Of a stretch of 64,000 nt of DNA, positions 1 through 9,889 are shown piece after piece. The stretch is from a virus. Location of the stretch: the IMG/VR virus record IMGVR_UViG_3300045974_000067, positions 5,714 through 69,713 of that record. One strand, given 5' to 3'. Numbering within the stretch: position 1 is the first letter of the stretch; each line of letters starts with the position of its first letter. The notes under the pieces were generated by a model. It saw only the letters and a list, made by a program, of their open reading frames with translations, was not told the origin of the DNA and did no database searches. Made by a program: the position numbers and the translations under genes.

Positions 1-304
1 GGACAAATGGATTTCTTTTCTTTGGATCTGCATGACGATTAGCTTTATATTCTGGATAAATATCATTTCTAAAGTTACCATCACCTTTAACTGCCATACG
101 GTATTGATCAGTATAACTCTTTTCACAAAGATCTTTTACAATCTCTTGAAATCTAATCCAAGCTTTCTCTAAATAGATAGCATCTTCTTCAGGTGTAAAT
201 TCTAATGGCTCAGGAGAAATCATAGTATAGCCAGTAGCTGTTTTATATCTATTCTCGCAAGCCATGTACGCAACTACATCACCATCAATTATGCATATTG
301 TCAT
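1..304 (-). CDS. 5'-3' exonuclease (T7 gp6/PIN-like), N-terminal part; truncated by window edge
   Basis: Manual translation from ATG at 304: MTICIIDGDVVAY...GNFRNDIYPEYKANR, matching the IDGD and NFR..YP.YKANR motifs; GGAG RBS upstream. Confidence 0.85.
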   Translation of the reverse strand, partial: MTICIIDGDVVAYMACENRYKTATGYTMISPEPLEFTPEEDAIYLEKAWIRFQEIVKDLCEKSYTDQYRMAVKGDGNFRNDIYPEYKANRHADPKKRNPFV

Positions 305-462
305 TTAAATACTTCTCCTTTAAACACATTAGGAGTATATTGACTTTCAGGTATTGTATCAATTATACATCTTAATTTGTTCATATAATCAAACTGTGCA
401 TTCTCATTATGCACTTGAATTAAACGGTTATAAATCCAAGTTAAAAACTCTTTATCATTCAT
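301..462 (-). CDS. Small hypothetical protein (53 aa, MNDKEFLTWIYNRL...)
   Basis: Open frame filling the gap, with ATGA overlaps to both neighbours; below ORF-track cutoff. Confidence 0.55.
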   Translation of the reverse strand: MNDKEFLTWIYNRLIQVHNENAQFDYMNKLRCIIDTIPESQYTPNVFKGEVFK

Positions 463-716
463 AAGTTCCAACCTTTACAATGTATAAATACCTCCATTCG
501 AGCTTGTTCAATAAGCCCTAGAAGTTCTTTTGTTGTCATATCAGAATTCATGTAACGTGTCTTGCTGGTATCCTCAAAATCTTCCTCATAAATGATAACT
601 ACATTTTTGAATCTATTAGGGTACTTCCTAGCTACCATTGCAAACTCATGAAAGCGTTCTTCCATAGTGGCATCACGCTTCCAATTTGGCATTATCTCTA
701 AATTATCGTCACTCAT
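459..716 (-). CDS. Hypothetical protein
   Basis: ORF track; tightly packed with neighbours. Confidence 0.6.
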   Translation of the reverse strand: MSDDNLEIMPNWKRDATMEERFHEFAMVARKYPNRFKNVVIIYEEDFEDTSKTRYMNSDMTTKELLGLIEQARMEVFIHCKGWNL

Positions 717-993
717 CAAGTACACCCATTTTCTTTGATATTCCTGAAAAGTAATCTAATTTATTCATCTTCTCATCACTGAAAGTAGTATCAAATTCAA
801 TACCAATTTCATGTTCTAGTAGTGTAAGTATTGTAAAGAAATCTCTTAACTCAAACTCTAATTCATCTAAGTTAGTACGTTCCCTACTAGGATGATGATC
901 AGATGTAGTAAATCTAAGGCATTTAGTAATACACTGTATAACTTCTCCAGCTTCCTCTGCAAGGCATATTAAAAGATATTGTTCTTTATTCAT
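709..993 (-). CDS. MazG-like NTP pyrophosphohydrolase fold protein
   Basis: EEAGEVIQ ... ELEFELRD acidic helix pattern of MazG-like proteins. Confidence 0.65.
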   Translation of the reverse strand: MNKEQYLLICLAEEAGEVIQCITKCLRFTTSDHHPSRERTNLDELEFELRDFFTILTLLEHEIGIEFDTTFSDEKMNKLDYFSGISKKMGVLDE

Positions 994-1190
994 TTGAACA
1001 GATTCTCAAATTTAGTTTGAAGTAGTCTTAGTTGATGTGCTTTACCATCAATGAAAGACATATCTAATAATCTATTAATAAGAGTAAATGTTACAAAGTC
1101 ATCAAGTTCAACCTCATATGCTTCATTATCAAGTTCTACAACCATTATACCTCGTCTACTTGCTACACTACCTTTCCAACTAGTTTTCAT
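990..1190 (-). CDS. Hypothetical protein
   Basis: ORF track, overlapping neighbours. Confidence 0.55.
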   Translation of the reverse strand: MKTSWKGSVASRRGIMVVELDNEAYEVELDDFVTFTLINRLLDMSFIDGKAHQLRLLQTKFENLFK

Positions 1191-1377
1191 CGTAAACCCT
1201 TTTAATATCTCTTACGATATTATGAAGATAATAAGGACAAGAAGGAGACTTAGACATAGTAACCATTTTGCCATTAGGTGTTCGTAGCTTAAGATGCTTC
1301 TTACTATTCTCTAAAATACAGCCCTTATCAATGTATGGTTGGAGTGTTCGTCGAAGTTCTTTGTCAATATGTACCAT
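1180..1377 (-). CDS. HicA-like (dsRBD-fold) small protein
   Basis: 65 aa; G....K.KHLKL..PNG..VT.S.SPS pattern typical of phage HicA-like proteins; AAGGA RBS. Confidence 0.55.
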   Translation of the reverse strand: MVHIDKELRRTLQPYIDKGCILENSKKHLKLRTPNGKMVTMSKSPSCPYYLHNIVRDIKRVYDEN

Positions 1378-1393
1378 GGTTGATTCCTTTAAA

Positions 1394-1479
1394 TGGTCGG
1401 ACTGGAGGGATTCGAACCCTCATGCGATTAAGCGCTGGATTTTAAATCCAGAGTGTCTTACCAATTTCACCACAGTCCG
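1394..1479 (-). tRNA. tRNA-Leu (anticodon UAA) with encoded CCA
   Basis: Acceptor stem CGGACTG/CAGTCCG + A-CCA; anticodon arm CTGGA-TT TAA AA-TCCAG; long variable arm; T arm GAGGG-TTCGAAT-CCCTC. Confidence 0.95.
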
Positions 1480-1487
1480 TTTAAAAA

Positions 1488-2051
1488 TTAAGAATGTTTT
1501 CTTGTGCTACGAGAAATTCTATACGGTACATTTGTATAAGTTTTAGAATTTAACATCTGGACAACAGCTTTTACAAGCATACCTGTTTCTTTTATGATCT
1601 CTTGTTTAGATATTTGGTAGGTATCGTATAGAGTTCTATACTTTAAAACTTGTTCATCTGTTAACTTAGACATTCCATTATTAGCGCCTGAAACATCTAG
1701 TTCTTTTAGATGTTCTCCGTACTTAATACCTAAAACATCAACAGAATGCCTAGCATTTGCATGTTCAGTTATCGCCTCTAAATTCTCATAACGATTATTA
1801 AGTTTATCTCCATCAATATGATTAATAACGTAACCATCAGGAATATTGTAATCAATATGAACCATATAAACAAGTCTATGGACAGGATATGTTTTTCCAA
1901 ACATATTTATACGTTTATAGCCGCCTGTAATAAACCCTATTTCTTTTGCTGTTATATTATTAACTACAATACCGTCCTTAGATACATTGATAACACCTTC
2001 TACAACTAAGTCTAAGAAGAACTGATCTCTTTCAATTGTTGATTTAGCCAT
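1488..2051 (-). CDS. Free-standing HNH homing endonuclease
   Basis: VHRLVY...INHIDGDKLNNRYENLE HNH motif plus C-terminal SKLT HTH-like tail. Confidence 0.88.
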   Translation of the reverse strand: MAKSTIERDQFFLDLVVEGVINVSKDGIVVNNITAKEIGFITGGYKRINMFGKTYPVHRLVYMVHIDYNIPDGYVINHIDGDKLNNRYENLEAITEHANARHSVDVLGIKYGEHLKELDVSGANNGMSKLTDEQVLKYRTLYDTYQISKQEIIKETGMLVKAVVQMLNSKTYTNVPYRISRSTRKHS

Positions 2052-2060
2052 TTAATCCAC

Positions 2061-2504
2061 TTACTTAATTTGAGTACTTTCTAAAAGACTAACAGGTGAA
2101 GTTGTTGCATAAGAGCTGCCATTACAGTTTACAACACCGCCTGGCAAACTACCTGTAACTTCTCTTGTTACTATTGGACTTCTAAAGATTAATTTTACAA
2201 GTTCTAGTACAGAATCAGATCTCTTAGTAGCCTCTTCTAATCTAATTTTTAGAACAGTATTATCTAGAAGATCTTGATCACGTTCAAGTTTCTTACCTTT
2301 TAAATCTAACTCTCTACGCTCCTCATGCAAACTCTTATACTGCTCTTGTGCTTTAAGCAATTCTCTACTAATCAGCTTCTCTTTGTTTAACTGCTCTTCT
2401 ACACCTTTCAATCTATTAAGTTCTTTAAGTTCTTCAAGAATCATTTCACCTGCAATTGCTGGAAGATTCTTCTTAATTGTATCAAGGATATCTTGATTTA
2501 TCAT
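2061..2504 (-). CDS. Hypothetical coiled-coil protein
   Basis: ORF track; E/K/L-rich heptads; AGGA RBS. Confidence 0.65.
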   Translation of the reverse strand: MINQDILDTIKKNLPAIAGEMILEELKELNRLKGVEEQLNKEKLISRELLKAQEQYKSLHEERRELDLKGKKLERDQDLLDNTVLKIRLEEATKRSDSVLELVKLIFRSPIVTREVTGSLPGGVVNCNGSSYATTSPVSLLESTQIK

Positions 2505-2514
2505 TTAGGTTCCT

Positions 2515-4404
2515 TTAATGAACATCATACCATGTATTGCCAATTTTACCACTCCCATCCATAATATTAATTCCTAATAATTTAGGTCCATCAATAAATG
2601 CCTGCTTGCCAATTGCAGCAGCTTGTTCAGCAAATTCTTCAGGTACCATAAAATCAATTTCATCATGGTAGAATATTAGTGGTTGATATGGTATATTAGC
2701 ATCTTCAAGTCTTTCCATTGTAAGCATTAGAGCAGCACAACAAGTAGCCTTCTCACATGCTTGAAGCAGATACACTAACAACTTATGAAAGCTATCCACA
2801 TAAATCTTATTTCCAGCAATACCTGGGATATAGCCTGAACTATACTGACTAGTACTACCATAGATCTTTTGTAAAGCATCCATCAAAGCTTTAAATCCAG
2901 GTACAGCTTTAGTAAAGCCAGCTTTTAACTTTTTACCTTTAGTATCATCTACTGTATCAAAAATATAACTCCACATCTTTCCACCAGCAGCGCCAAATAG
3001 GAATGCGTATAGAATACGCTTAGCTCTAGCTCTAGGAACAGTGTGAATAATACCCATTTCTTTTAAAACTCTAGTCAACACATCAGCATTGTACTGATGG
3101 ATATCATCATGTAATAATTTATCAATATACTCAGGTGACTTTAAATAATGAGCTAAACCGCGTGCTTGATTGCCAGCACTATCACAACCAATGAGCTTCC
3201 ACCCAGGAGCACAAGTAAACAATGCTCGCATTTCTGGCCCCCAGACTGAATCAGCTGCTGGAATATTAACAATGATATTATGCCTAGCACGCATACTAGG
3301 GGTGCCGATAGTAAAACACTTGCCATGTACTCTGCCATTTTTATAAGCCTCTACAAGACCTTTAACCAGAGAATACCTAGACTTATTTGTTAAGAAGTCA
3401 CAATAAATCTTCCCATTACCTTCTAGAAATTCTAAACTATCTTCAGTAACTTTAGCTGAACTCTTAATCTTTTCACCATTTTTATCTTTTAAGTATTCAC
3501 CAGTAGTCTTGTCCTTTTTATAATTAAACATAGTAGGTTGCCAGCCATTTCGATACAGAAATATTTTGACATCGTCAACACTCTCTAAATCTAATGGTTC
3601 AAATAGCACTCTACTATAAGGGCCTTCTACCAGTCTATCTTCATCTTGTCCAGATAGCGGATTAATATTAAACCAATTTGCAACATGTGCATTATACAGA
3701 CCTACTTTTGTCCACTTGGGAACCTTAGGCTCTACTACACCTTTAGCAAGGTCTACAGCTACAGTCTTTATACCAAGTAATGGCACTAAAATTTCTCTAG
3801 TCTTGTTAAGTTCTATTTCAATAAGCTTCATTAATTCTACAGCTTTATCATAATTGAAAGGCCAGCCATGTAACTCTGCTTGAGCACACCATTTAGCAGC
3901 AGCATGCTCAGCCTTCATATATACTCTAATACGTTCATCTTTAGTAGCAGCATGTTTGAATTCATTAAGTACAGTATTGTAAACTCTTTCAGTTACTTCT
4001 AAGTCTTGTTTCCAATACTCAAGCATTTCTTCTGAATATTGTGAGAAATCCTTAAAGTCACCCTTATGAAAATTTAAGGCTTTACCCCATTCTTCCAAGC
4101 TATGTCCATCATTACCAAATCTTTTATAATTTAGTATTTGAGAGAATATCATAGTATCATGTACTACAACCTCTTTATGCAGCTTAAATCCAAACAATTT
4201 TTCTAAGCATGGTATATCGAAACCTAATACATTATGGCCTATGATAAGATTACCAGGCCTATTAATATAGTCTTGCCAACCAAGATCGCCATCTAACCAC
4301 CATTTAATGACTTTTGTATCTTTATCTTTAACACCTACAATCCATGCTTTAGTCACTGTATCTAGCAAACCATCTGTTTCAATATCTAAAATAAATTTAC
4401 TCAT
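2515..4404 (-). CDS. Family A (T7-like) DNA polymerase with 3'-5' exonuclease domain
   Basis: DIETDG, GHNVLGFD, YWKQD exo motifs; motif A GCDSAGNQAR, motif B RARAKRILYAFLFG, motif C YHDEI; start MSKF after AGGAG. Confidence 0.95.
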   Translation of the reverse strand: MSKFILDIETDGLLDTVTKAWIVGVKDKDTKVIKWWLDGDLGWQDYINRPGNLIIGHNVLGFDIPCLEKLFGFKLHKEVVVHDTMIFSQILNYKRFGNDGHSLEEWGKALNFHKGDFKDFSQYSEEMLEYWKQDLEVTERVYNTVLNEFKHAATKDERIRVYMKAEHAAAKWCAQAELHGWPFNYDKAVELMKLIEIELNKTREILVPLLGIKTVAVDLAKGVVEPKVPKWTKVGLYNAHVANWFNINPLSGQDEDRLVEGPYSRVLFEPLDLESVDDVKIFLYRNGWQPTMFNYKKDKTTGEYLKDKNGEKIKSSAKVTEDSLEFLEGNGKIYCDFLTNKSRYSLVKGLVEAYKNGRVHGKCFTIGTPSMRARHNIIVNIPAADSVWGPEMRALFTCAPGWKLIGCDSAGNQARGLAHYLKSPEYIDKLLHDDIHQYNADVLTRVLKEMGIIHTVPRARAKRILYAFLFGAAGGKMWSYIFDTVDDTKGKKLKAGFTKAVPGFKALMDALQKIYGSTSQYSSGYIPGIAGNKIYVDSFHKLLVYLLQACEKATCCAALMLTMERLEDANIPYQPLIFYHDEIDFMVPEEFAEQAAAIGKQAFIDGPKLLGINIMDGSGKIGNTWYDVH

Positions 4405-4449
4405 GATCGCTCCTAGCAGGACCACTCAATAGCAGTCCGGCAATTAATA

Positions 4450-5154
4450 TTAAATATGCTTCCAAGTTGATCCATCTATTACACAACGTATTGTAGTAGA
4501 ATCAACATCGAACATCTTAGCTATACTATAATTCGTAAAACCATCTGCATTTAATTTACGAATAATCGGTATATTGCTACTAGTTAATTTATTTGATAAA
4601 TTACCAATACTTACAGAATGCATTCTATTTTCTAAAGAAGAGACCCATTCTAGATTAATTAATTTATTATTTAATTTATTTGCGTCTATATGATTAACTT
4701 GTGGCCTATTTTCAGGATTCGGAATAAAAGCTAATGCAACTAATCTATGTATACCTGTTTGAATTTGACAGCCTTCAATCCAAACTTTAGTTTTTAAATA
4801 GCCATTCCCATCTATAGCACCATTTATAATGGTACCTTTTTCCAAATTAATCAATCTACCTAAATCAGATACAAGATAAAAATCTCCAACACTCTTCCAT
4901 AATTCATTGGAAATACCAATAGAATGATCCAAATTTCTTTTTCTTATTAATTCAGCATCTACAACTAAATTAATATTATCAAATAGTTCATACGCAATTT
5001 TTCTTAAATATATTGACTTTTGATTACTAGTTATTCTCAATGAACCTGAATTAGTAAATGTTGGAACAAGATAAGAGTTAGTTTTAAAACTAAAAACATA
5101 TCCTGTATTAGATAGAGAAAAGTTATCTCCAAAATCTTTCCAAATTTCATTCAT
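4450..5154 (-). CDS. Free-standing HNH homing endonuclease (NUMOD4-like N-terminal repeats)
   Basis: EIWK.../ELWK...YLVSDLGR repeats; IHRLVALAFIPNPENRPQVNHIDANKLNN..NLEW; C-terminal HTH. Confidence 0.9.
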   Translation of the reverse strand: MNEIWKDFGDNFSLSNTGYVFSFKTNSYLVPTFTNSGSLRITSNQKSIYLRKIAYELFDNINLVVDAELIRKRNLDHSIGISNELWKSVGDFYLVSDLGRLINLEKGTIINGAIDGNGYLKTKVWIEGCQIQTGIHRLVALAFIPNPENRPQVNHIDANKLNNKLINLEWVSSLENRMHSVSIGNLSNKLTSSNIPIIRKLNADGFTNYSIAKMFDVDSTTIRCVIDGSTWKHI

Positions 5155-5164
5155 TTATATTCCT

Positions 5165-5857
5165 TTAATTACCTAGTTTCTTATGAACATCAACAGCTTT
5201 AATTGGCATATTTCCATTTTCAATATACATAATTATATACATTAAATAAAATTGAGCCTTTTTAAGTTCTTGTAGTTCTTCGTCTTTTCCACCATTACGA
5301 TCTAAATATTTACGTAATTGTAATTCTAACGCTGCTTTAAACTTAGTTGGATCCCTTAGTGTAGGAATCCTAGACATAGCATCAATCCATTGTAATTCTT
5401 CGATATAATTTTTATAGTGTGATGGATTTATATGATCCTTTTTCAAGGGTTGAATAAATCTTTTAACTTTCTCAGTATAGTCTTCAGGCACAGCCTGTAC
5501 ATTATCTTTCATATGAATACCAGTTTCTTTCTCATTAAATGGATCCCAGACAGGATTACATTTTTCACAACCTGGACATTGCTTTGCTTTACAAATAGCT
5601 TTTGCTTCTAGTATCTCTTTATGCTTTTCTTTAGTCTCACCGTCTAGCCAAATATACCTTGCTAGCATTTCATACCATCCATCTAGATCATCAACATTCT
5701 TAAGGACAGCACAAGGTCTTCCAGTAAGATTATCAGTTACATTTATAATATAGTCACCACATTCATTCATATCTTGCAAGTACTCAGCCAATTCGTCTAA
5801 TTTAGTAGTTGTCTCTTGTCTAACACCATTCTGGATTAATTCGTAGGTATATCTCAT
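5165..5857 (-). CDS. DUF3310/SaV-like domain protein
   Basis: C-terminal DHINPSHY...KYL.R.G.K....QELKKAQFYL motif. Confidence 0.7.
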   Translation of the reverse strand: MRYTYELIQNGVRQETTTKLDELAEYLQDMNECGDYIINVTDNLTGRPCAVLKNVDDLDGWYEMLARYIWLDGETKEKHKEILEAKAICKAKQCPGCEKCNPVWDPFNEKETGIHMKDNVQAVPEDYTEKVKRFIQPLKKDHINPSHYKNYIEELQWIDAMSRIPTLRDPTKFKAALELQLRKYLDRNGGKDEELQELKKAQFYLMYIIMYIENGNMPIKAVDVHKKLGN

Positions 5858-6399
5858 TAGAATACCTTTCCGTCGTCTTCCTCTGTAGTTGGGGTAGCTT
5901 CAGGCATTACTGTCTCTGTATCAAATACATCTTCAAACTCTTCCATAGGCTTGCCTACCCAGACCACATGCTTGATCAACTGAATTCCAACAAGCATTGC
6001 TGAAATACCTTCTTTACCTTGGTATACGTAATCTTTTTCAAAGATACGGATATTAGCAATACTTCCGTTACCAACAGTATTTGGATCTACAGGATTGCCC
6101 CTACCATCTACCAACTCAACAGGCACAGATGGCTCATCAAATACACCTTTAACTTTTCCTTCTTTAAGACTCTTCTTCTTCAAACCAGCCTTGTAGTAAA
6201 GAATCTTACTCTCTTCATCAGATGGATCTTCACGTACAGCTTTTACCTTAATGTGATGTTGTTCCCATTCAATCTTTTGGGCTTTGTTAGTAGTCCTGAT
6301 CTGAACTTCCCAAGTAGGGTTTTCTGGATTAAATACTTTAGCAGGACGCTTTGGATCGAGTTTAGGGAACCAAATTTCCACATTTTTCAAAATAGCCAT
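5857..6399 (-). CDS. Single-stranded DNA-binding protein (T7 gp2.5-like)
   Basis: VGNGSIANI motif, L.GIQLI, acidic tail ending in Phe; replication-module context. Confidence 0.75.
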   Translation of the reverse strand: MAILKNVEIWFPKLDPKRPAKVFNPENPTWEVQIRTTNKAQKIEWEQHHIKVKAVREDPSDEESKILYYKAGLKKKSLKEGKVKGVFDEPSVPVELVDGRGNPVDPNTVGNGSIANIRIFEKDYVYQGKEGISAMLVGIQLIKHVVWVGKPMEEFEDVFDTETVMPEATPTTEEDDGKVF

Positions 6400-6450
6400 T
6401 GATGTATTCCTTTAGATTTTTAAACCCCATTACGGGGCGAGGGTGGTGAA

Positions 6451-6466
6451 TCATTAATTTAACGGG
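6451..6466 (-). promoter_or_regulatory. Putative phage RNAP promoter, class A (minus strand CCCGTTAAATTAATGA)
   Basis: Exact intergenic repeat of the 15-mer also at 19828, 48756 and 53960; precedes the SSB-DNA polymerase operon. Confidence 0.75.
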
Positions 6467-6480
6467 ACTTTATAACCGTT

Positions 6481-6804
6481 TTATATTTTTGCTTCTTCTA
6501 TGTCGAGCGCCTTAAGTTCCTGCTCAAGTTTGATACGGTACTCCGCTCTATGCTTGTCTTTGGCTTCTTTGGACTCACTGTAAGGTTTGATCAACTCTGT
6601 AGCTACAATACGAAGATCTAATTCGTCTTTAGAATATGTTAAAGATTGATTATAAATGTCTCCTTTCAATAGTTTAAGGTCATGTATTTTATGAATGAAA
6701 TAAATAGGTATCAACAACTTATCGCTATAGCCAATATTCAAGATTATAGAAAATTTATCAGCATCGCATCCTTTATCATAACTCATACTATTCACCTTTT
6801 CCAA
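6481..6804 (-). CDS. Hypothetical protein
   Basis: ORF track. Confidence 0.6.
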   Translation of the reverse strand: MEKVNSMSYDKGCDADKFSIILNIGYSDKLLIPIYFIHKIHDLKLLKGDIYNQSLTYSKDELDLRIVATELIKPYSESKEAKDKHRAEYRIKLEQELKALDIEEAKI

Positions 6805-6988
6805 TGTATGTATCCCATTCTTCAGCAGTTATCCCTGTCATAATAAACTCACGATCATCTGCAGATAGATTAGGGAATGCTAATTGTGCCAGTAAGCCAT
6901 CTGTCCACTGTTTCAATTGCTCTTCAGTTATATTAATATCAAGTGTGTTCTCGATACCTGTAAAAGGACTAGTTCGTGTTATCTTCAT
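6788..6988 (-). CDS. Conserved-type small phage protein (RTSPFTG...QLAFPNLSADDREFIMTGITAEEWD)
   Basis: Motif pattern typical of a small phage protein family; function unknown. Confidence 0.65.
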   Translation of the reverse strand: MKITRTSPFTGIENTLDINITEEQLKQWTDGLLAQLAFPNLSADDREFIMTGITAEEWDTYIGKGE

Positions 6989-7430
6989 TATCTTTTCTTT
7001 CCCAATAAGCATTTGTTAATTTAATAGAGTCTAGTACATTCTCTGTTACAAACTCTTTAGGTATAAAATAAAGAGGACCACCAGCATCATTCCAACACAT
7101 TACAACTTGAACAAAATCTTGATCTTTGTCTGTCCAATCACATACATCAAAACTTTCAGGAACTTCATAGAGAGTAAGCCATCTATCATTTGCAACTGAA
7201 GCAATGCCTGTAGAAATCTCTCTTAAATCTTCCTTTGATTCTACTAATTGAATCTTACCACCGAATAAATCGTAGTATGGTTGATCTGCAAATTCACTTT
7301 TAAGTATTTCATCTACCATAGTACTATAGAAATCAAATGTCTTAGTAATCAAAGCAAATAACTTATTCGGCATTTGATTTGTATGAAATAGATTAAAAGT
7401 ATCTCTATAGGTTGGACCTAAATCTTTCAT
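6969..7430 (-). CDS. Hypothetical protein
   Basis: ORF track; AGGTG RBS. Confidence 0.65.
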   Translation of the reverse strand: MKDLGPTYRDTFNLFHTNQMPNKLFALITKTFDFYSTMVDEILKSEFADQPYYDLFGGKIQLVESKEDLREISTGIASVANDRWLTLYEVPESFDVCDWTDKDQDFVQVVMCWNDAGGPLYFIPKEFVTENVLDSIKLTNAYWERKDNEDNTN

Positions 7431-7616
7431 TCAATCACCTTTCTATAGACTTCTAATTTAGAATTACCTTGAAAAAGATTCTCAGGCTCTTCTAGAAAAT
7501 TATCTATATCAGCTCTTAGCATAGCTTCTGGATTAGAAAATCCTTTATAATATTCTTCTTTTACTTCATACTCTCTTTCAACTATTGCTACAATTTTAAA
7601 TCTCATTTAGAACTCC

Positions 7617-9878
7617 TCATGAAAAAGCATATTCAGAATCAAGTACTAATGTAATATCTAAAGTACCTAATTCTATTCCACTTATATCAGCCTCTATATC
7701 TTTAACAATACTAGATAAAGGGTCTGATTGATATAGTTCTACAAATGTTTCTCTAATCACTCTAAATAGTTTAGGCATGTCAGCTAGTAAACAACCAAAT
7801 GAATCATGCACAGTAGTAATAGGAAAATCAGACCTATTAACAGCTAACATTAAATGTGCTGCATCAAGACTGTGTATAGCATTAGGACTAGCACCTTGGC
7901 TTTGTTTATTTTTACTTGGTTTACTATTCTCAATAAAGCATATAGCTAATTGTATTGTATTAGTATAATATCCAGTACTATTCCTTTCACCAGCAGGAGG
8001 TCCATATTGAATCCAAATCTTTTTAATGACACCTTCTGTATAATGCTGTACTACTGGAAAGTTAGTAATAGGCACATGCCAAGATAGAAACTTATTATTC
8101 TCTTCAGCTTTCTTACCAGCATTCTCAAACACTGATAATAATTGCATTGGACGCTTTAGCGAGAACTTACAATCCTCATATACTAATTTACCTAAATAAG
8201 CACCCCAACGATGTTCCATTGAGAATAGCTGCTCTATGCCATGTTTCCTAGAGTCATCTATAATTTGCTGTCCACAACCAAAAGCTGTAGAGCCATATGA
8301 TAATGTCATTACATTTCGTTTTGATATTTTTCTTCTATCTCTGGACTCTTTAATTCTATGCCAATATACACATGAGCATATTGTCATTAATAAATCATTA
8401 TCATTTTTGAATTTAATAATATTCTTAATAAGTTCTTTTCTACGATCTGATTTTAGTGGTGCTTCAGAGATTTGATGTTTAAGATCAGCTAATGTATCTA
8501 TTAGATTTTCACAGTCTTTTAAAGTTTCTTTATCTAATTGATCAACATCAAAATCAATAGCTTTCCAGACATGTTCAGCCACATACAAATAAAGATCACC
8601 AGGAGAATCTAACGGTACAAGATTAACGTATGGTGCTGTTATTTCATCTCTAGTTAATGCTGCTAAGTGTTGTTGTCCATTAGTAGAACCATCAACATAG
8701 GCTTCTAAATGTGATTCATACTCATACGGATCAATTACACCTGAGATAATATGTTCAGCATTCTGATACTGCCAGTATCTAAACTTAGATAATTCAACGC
8801 ATGCTGCTAAGAATTGCCAAGGTTTGTCTGCCTTCATCCATCCCTGATTTACTTTAGGACTCTCAGCATAACTTATTAATATCTCTTCATTATCTAGGCT
8901 CCAAAGCACTCTATCAGATAACGGTATTTTATCAGTCTTAACTCCTTCAATATTAGAATTACCAGCCCAATTAGATGCAATAGAAATTAATAGCCAATCA
9001 AAGCCTTCTTTAGTAATTGGTTTAGAATCAGCTCTAAGTAGTAATCCCTTGGCTAGGTCTGAGCCTTGATTATGTAAGTATGCTGTAGCTGGATATACTC
9101 TTGCACGAAAGTCTAGTGTGTATAAGTGATAGAAAGTTTTACCAATAAATCTTTTAGCAATATCTCCTATAGCTTTTGCTTCACGTATCTTCGATTGTTT
9201 TGCTTCAGGATTGTGCATTTCCCATATATCAGCAAATGCATCAGTCTTATTCCTTAACGCCCAAGCATAAATAGGATAGATTTCTTCATTAATAGTCCAG
9301 CCAACTTTCTGTAATTTATTAAGTGTATTGAATACTAAAGGATGAGTCTCAGGAGTGAGCTCTTTAAGAACATCTCTATCAGCAGTCTTTACCATCATTA
9401 CGCCTGTTTCATGCCTAGTAGTAATCCAAGGTGCGTAAGGAAATAGTGATGGTAACTTTTCAGTCTTGTCTAAACTTAGAGAATCCCATAGTGTACTGAT
9501 CTTATCTTCATTAAGAACCTCTATGACATAGGTTGCATGTCCATTTCCAGCTCTACCAAGAAGTACTTTAATTAGGTCTATTTCTTCAAATGAGTATAGG
9601 AGAAATGCACCAGCTTTAGCAGCCAGCGCACTATCTCTTTTCATCTTATTTTTATTACGAATATTATGTCCAATAGCGCTTATAACTTCTGTCATTAATA
9701 CAGTCTTACGGGCCACACTACGACCTACCCTTGTGTATAAGTAGAGTACTGAGATAGTGTGGTCTACTAGGTCTTCTGGATCTAAATCCTTTAAAAACTT
9801 AACAGGATTTTGGTGTGAGATCTCAAACTTTAACCTATTGTTTATTGAAGCAACTAATTTTTGTTTCGTTGGCTCCAT
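7617..9878 (-). CDS. Single-subunit (T7/T3-type) DNA-directed RNA polymerase, stand-alone copy, 753 aa
   Basis: DFRARVY, KPWQFLAAC, motif A DGSTNGQQH, DLY..VA, motif B RK.SKRNVMTLSYG, PNAIHSLDAAH, motif C VHDSF. Confidence 0.95.
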   Translation of the reverse strand: MEPTKQKLVASINNRLKFEISHQNPVKFLKDLDPEDLVDHTISVLYLYTRVGRSVARKTVLMTEVISAIGHNIRNKNKMKRDSALAAKAGAFLLYSFEEIDLIKVLLGRAGNGHATYVIEVLNEDKISTLWDSLSLDKTEKLPSLFPYAPWITTRHETGVMMVKTADRDVLKELTPETHPLVFNTLNKLQKVGWTINEEIYPIYAWALRNKTDAFADIWEMHNPEAKQSKIREAKAIGDIAKRFIGKTFYHLYTLDFRARVYPATAYLHNQGSDLAKGLLLRADSKPITKEGFDWLLISIASNWAGNSNIEGVKTDKIPLSDRVLWSLDNEEILISYAESPKVNQGWMKADKPWQFLAACVELSKFRYWQYQNAEHIISGVIDPYEYESHLEAYVDGSTNGQQHLAALTRDEITAPYVNLVPLDSPGDLYLYVAEHVWKAIDFDVDQLDKETLKDCENLIDTLADLKHQISEAPLKSDRRKELIKNIIKFKNDNDLLMTICSCVYWHRIKESRDRRKISKRNVMTLSYGSTAFGCGQQIIDDSRKHGIEQLFSMEHRWGAYLGKLVYEDCKFSLKRPMQLLSVFENAGKKAEENNKFLSWHVPITNFPVVQHYTEGVIKKIWIQYGPPAGERNSTGYYTNTIQLAICFIENSKPSKNKQSQGASPNAIHSLDAAHLMLAVNRSDFPITTVHDSFGCLLADMPKLFRVIRETFVELYQSDPLSSIVKDIEADISGIELGTLDITLVLDSEYAFS

Positions 9879-9889
9879 AGATACCTCTA

